From: a virus
Lineage: Duplodnaviria; Caudoviricetes
DNA length: 64,000 nucleotides
IMG/VR virus record: IMGVR_UViG_3300014039_000019
Location: 1 to 64,000 of that record
Strand: one strand, 5' to 3'
Shown here in pieces: positions 61,835 to 64,000 of the stretch (positions within the stretch are counted from its first letter, which is position 1; every line of letters starts with the position of its first letter). The notes beneath the pieces are model-generated. The model had not been told where the DNA came from, ran no database searches, and worked only from the letters and a program-made list of their open reading frames with translations. A program made the translations under genes and the position numbers.

Positions 61835-62822
61835 CCCTTACGGTAATAATAAACATATCTATTGTTTCTTTTGTGTTTTTATCTCTAGCAATAAGCATTA
61901 TATTTTCTCCTACAGACTCTATGTTAGATGATTGTTCTATAGTACATTTATTATGTTCTCTTTTTATAATTTCTGTATTTGGATAATGTGCATCTAATAT
62001 AAATTCTACTTCTTTATCTGATTTAACCACATATTCATTTTGTTCTCCTAAATAAATATAATTTAAACCTTGCACATCATCTTTAATATCTTTAGTATCA
62101 TTTTTTTCAATATTATAAGCTAGCTTATTATCCCTGTCATCTTCTGAAATCAATACTGTTTGTAATGTTAATGCTTTAATTAAACCATTAGCTCCAGTAT
62201 ATCTTCCGTTATATTCAAAATCATTAATATGTGTAACTCTAAATATTGAATTTCTAGTAAGCATTATTCTTACACCTTCACCAATTGTTCTAGTCACAGG
62301 ATTAGAGCCATAAAAAATATGTCTCTTTGCATCTCCCATACTTAAATATCTAGTATCATTAATCCCATCACTATACATAGTTAAGTTAACTACAGATACA
62401 GGTATATGATAAATTTCTTTATTGTATAAATAATTAATAATTTGATTACATCTTTTTAACGTAAAATGAATGTATGCATCCATTTCTTTGTGTTCTTTAA
62501 AAATAAATAACCAATAACAATTATCAAAATAACAATAACAACCTATATCTACATTTGTCCCAACTGGTAAATATATTTCTTTTTCATCTAATGCCGTTTG
62601 GTCATTATCTGTAATATTATTAACTATTGCCGTAACAGTTTTTGTATTTTCTGTTATGATAGTCTCATCTACATCGGTTACTTGTATATCAATTGCCGTA
62701 GGTATTCTTTGTAATGATTTTTCAAATGTTTTTCTAGCTGTATATCTTAATTTTTCTTTTTTATTCTTTTGACCACGCAAAGTAAAAATTTTGTATTCTT
62801 CTAAAAAATTACTCAAATCCAT
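61827..62822 (-). CDS. head-closure/adaptor protein (putative)
   Basis: position; G.Y....YWL, LKRCN pattern. Confidence 0.6.
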   Translation of the reverse strand: MDLSNFLEEYKIFTLRGQKNKKEKLRYTARKTFEKSLQRIPTAIDIQVTDVDETIITENTKTVTAIVNNITDNDQTALDEKEIYLPVGTNVDIGCYCYFDNCYWLFIFKEHKEMDAYIHFTLKRCNQIINYLYNKEIYHIPVSVVNLTMYSDGINDTRYLSMGDAKRHIFYGSNPVTRTIGEGVRIMLTRNSIFRVTHINDFEYNGRYTGANGLIKALTLQTVLISEDDRDNKLAYNIEKNDTKDIKDDVQGLNYIYLGEQNEYVVKSDKEVEFILDAHYPNTEIIKREHNKCTIEQSSNIESVGENIMLIARDKNTKETIDMFIITVRGV

Positions 62823-63240
62823 CGTATCCTTTATATGAATAATCTACTTTTCTTTGCCTAAAATCCTCTTCATGTAATTTTTTCAAAGTAATTAGCATTT
62901 TTAATAAATTGGCATTTGAAGTCTTTTTAAAGTCGTGGTCAGTAATTATGTTCCTTAAATTATCTTCACTATTAACAATTCTTTGTAACCATCTACATAC
63001 CATACCCAAAGCAAGAATTTCTATCTCGTCTTCTGTTAGATCAGCTTTAATATAACCTGTTATTCCATCATCTTCGGAAACGATAGTTAAATCCTTTTCA
63101 CAAGTATCGAATTTTATGGTCGCTCCACGAAGATATCTAGTCATTGTTTTCATTTGTATTTCTTCAGGTGCTAAAGCCAATCCATCATCTTCAATTTGAT
63201 TTAGGAAAACAACGAATATCTTTTCTATTGGAGTACTCAT
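62809..63240 (-). CDS. head-tail connector (putative)
   Basis: TP...IF..FL..I.D, DLT.DEIEILA.GM...W, DF...S.ANLL. Confidence 0.7.
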   Translation of the reverse strand: MSTPIEKIFVVFLNQIEDDGLALAPEEIQMKTMTRYLRGATIKFDTCEKDLTIVSEDDGITGYIKADLTEDEIEILALGMVCRWLQRIVNSEDNLRNIITDHDFKKTSNANLLKMLITLKKLHEEDFRQRKVDYSYKGYDGFE

Positions 63241-63251
63241 TTTAACACCTT

Positions 63252-63824
63252 CTAATTTGATTTAAATATAAAAGCATTATTAAATTCTCTTTCTACTACA
63301 GAACGTTTACCCATAGAATCAAATTTATTTAGGTGAGCTAAATAAATTGCTCTTTGACATAATCTTCTAGCCAATTCAGGTGATTCATTTTTAAGAGTTT
63401 CTGCAAAATCATCAACAGAACCGTCCTCTAGCATTTTATCTAAACAATCTAAAGTAAGAATTTTGTCGCCATATATCCTAGTTAAATCAAGTATGTTAAG
63501 CACATCTTCTAATTCATATTCTTCACTATATACATCTACTACTGATAAAAATAATTTTCTCATAGTCGGAGAGTTTTTCATTTTTAATAATAAGTCTAAC
63601 CCTACTATAGCTGTTTCTCCGGGTTCATTCATTCTTATAGAATCATATCCATTTTCATAAATAAATGAGCCATTAGTTAAATTCATTACTTCAACATCTA
63701 TTTTGGATGCTTCTCTTTTTAATTCTCTCATTATTTCTGCTCTTGTTCTTTTTTTAACTTTTTCTGTTTTTTCAACTGTTTCCTTACTTAAATTAGTTTT
63801 TTCCTCTACTTTTTTACTTGTCAT
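63252..63824 (-). CDS. hypothetical protein downstream of capsid
   Basis: ORF with GGAG RBS. Confidence 0.65.
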   Translation of the reverse strand: MTSKKVEEKTNLSKETVEKTEKVKKRTRAEIMRELKREASKIDVEVMNLTNGSFIYENGYDSIRMNEPGETAIVGLDLLLKMKNSPTMRKLFLSVVDVYSEEYELEDVLNILDLTRIYGDKILTLDCLDKMLEDGSVDDFAETLKNESPELARRLCQRAIYLAHLNKFDSMGKRSVVEREFNNAFIFKSN

Positions 63825-63850
63825 TTACTATCATCTCCCTATTTTAATAA

Positions 63851-64000
63851 CTAAGCTATATCATATCTACCGAAGTTAACTGCTTTTACAACACCTATAT
63901 GTACTCTTCTAGTGAATAGGTATTCGATTTCTCTATCATTTCTTTCTCCAGATTTATCTTCTAATATAAATGCTTTTCCTTCAAAACCTACCATTATTGG
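63851..64000 (-). CDS. C-terminus of major capsid protein (partial, tentative)
   Basis: open frame PIMVGFEGKAFILEDKSGERNDREIEYLFTRRVHIGVVKAVNFGRYDIA*; position upstream of head-tail genes. Confidence 0.6.
   Translation of the reverse strand, partial: PIMVGFEGKAFILEDKSGERNDREIEYLFTRRVHIGVVKAVNFGRYDIA

Noticed and set aside
6872-63660. Numerous + strand ORFs antisense to the - strand genes (e.g. 24735, 40894, 50619, 60766)
   Set aside because: Shadow frames of AT-rich coding sequence; no RBS or recognisable motifs
1-64000. tRNA, rRNA or integrase/att site
   Set aside because: None recognised by eye; a tRNAscan/Infernal run would be needed to exclude them formally

Overview
AT-rich (roughly a quarter G+C by eye) segment of a large tailed phage, probably a siphovirus of a clostridial/Firmicute spore-former that persists as a plasmid prophage (inference). 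Layout: (1) 1-6090, + strand: small accessory and nucleotide-metabolism genes (guanylate kinase, RecU, P-loop kinase, dUTPase, DUF1653-like). (2) 6090-11540: a convergent junction with candidate sRNAs, a HerA/VirB4-like ATPase with two pilin-like membrane proteins, and a ParM/ParR-type partition cassette. (3) 11560-64000, - strand: the late operon from the capsid C-terminus through head-tail genes, tail tube, tape measure, Dit, Tal, tail hydrolase, holins, BppU-like proteins, a metallophosphatase, a CotH kinase-LRR protein, a family of modular fibre-like paralogues and an amidase endolysin. Main result: four late genes that the ORF track shows as broken (tail tube, tape measure, phosphatase, CotH kinase) are each split by a group I intron carrying a Vsr-like/EDxHD-type endonuclease ORF. 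Two introns splice in frame under the canonical rules. In the other two (tail tube, phosphatase) the canonical U-G 5' splice site leaves one extra U and frameshifts the gene, which implies a 5' splice site shifted by one nucleotide or recoding. Those same two introns share extra peripheral hairpins. All family calls are by motif recognition only; no database search was run.
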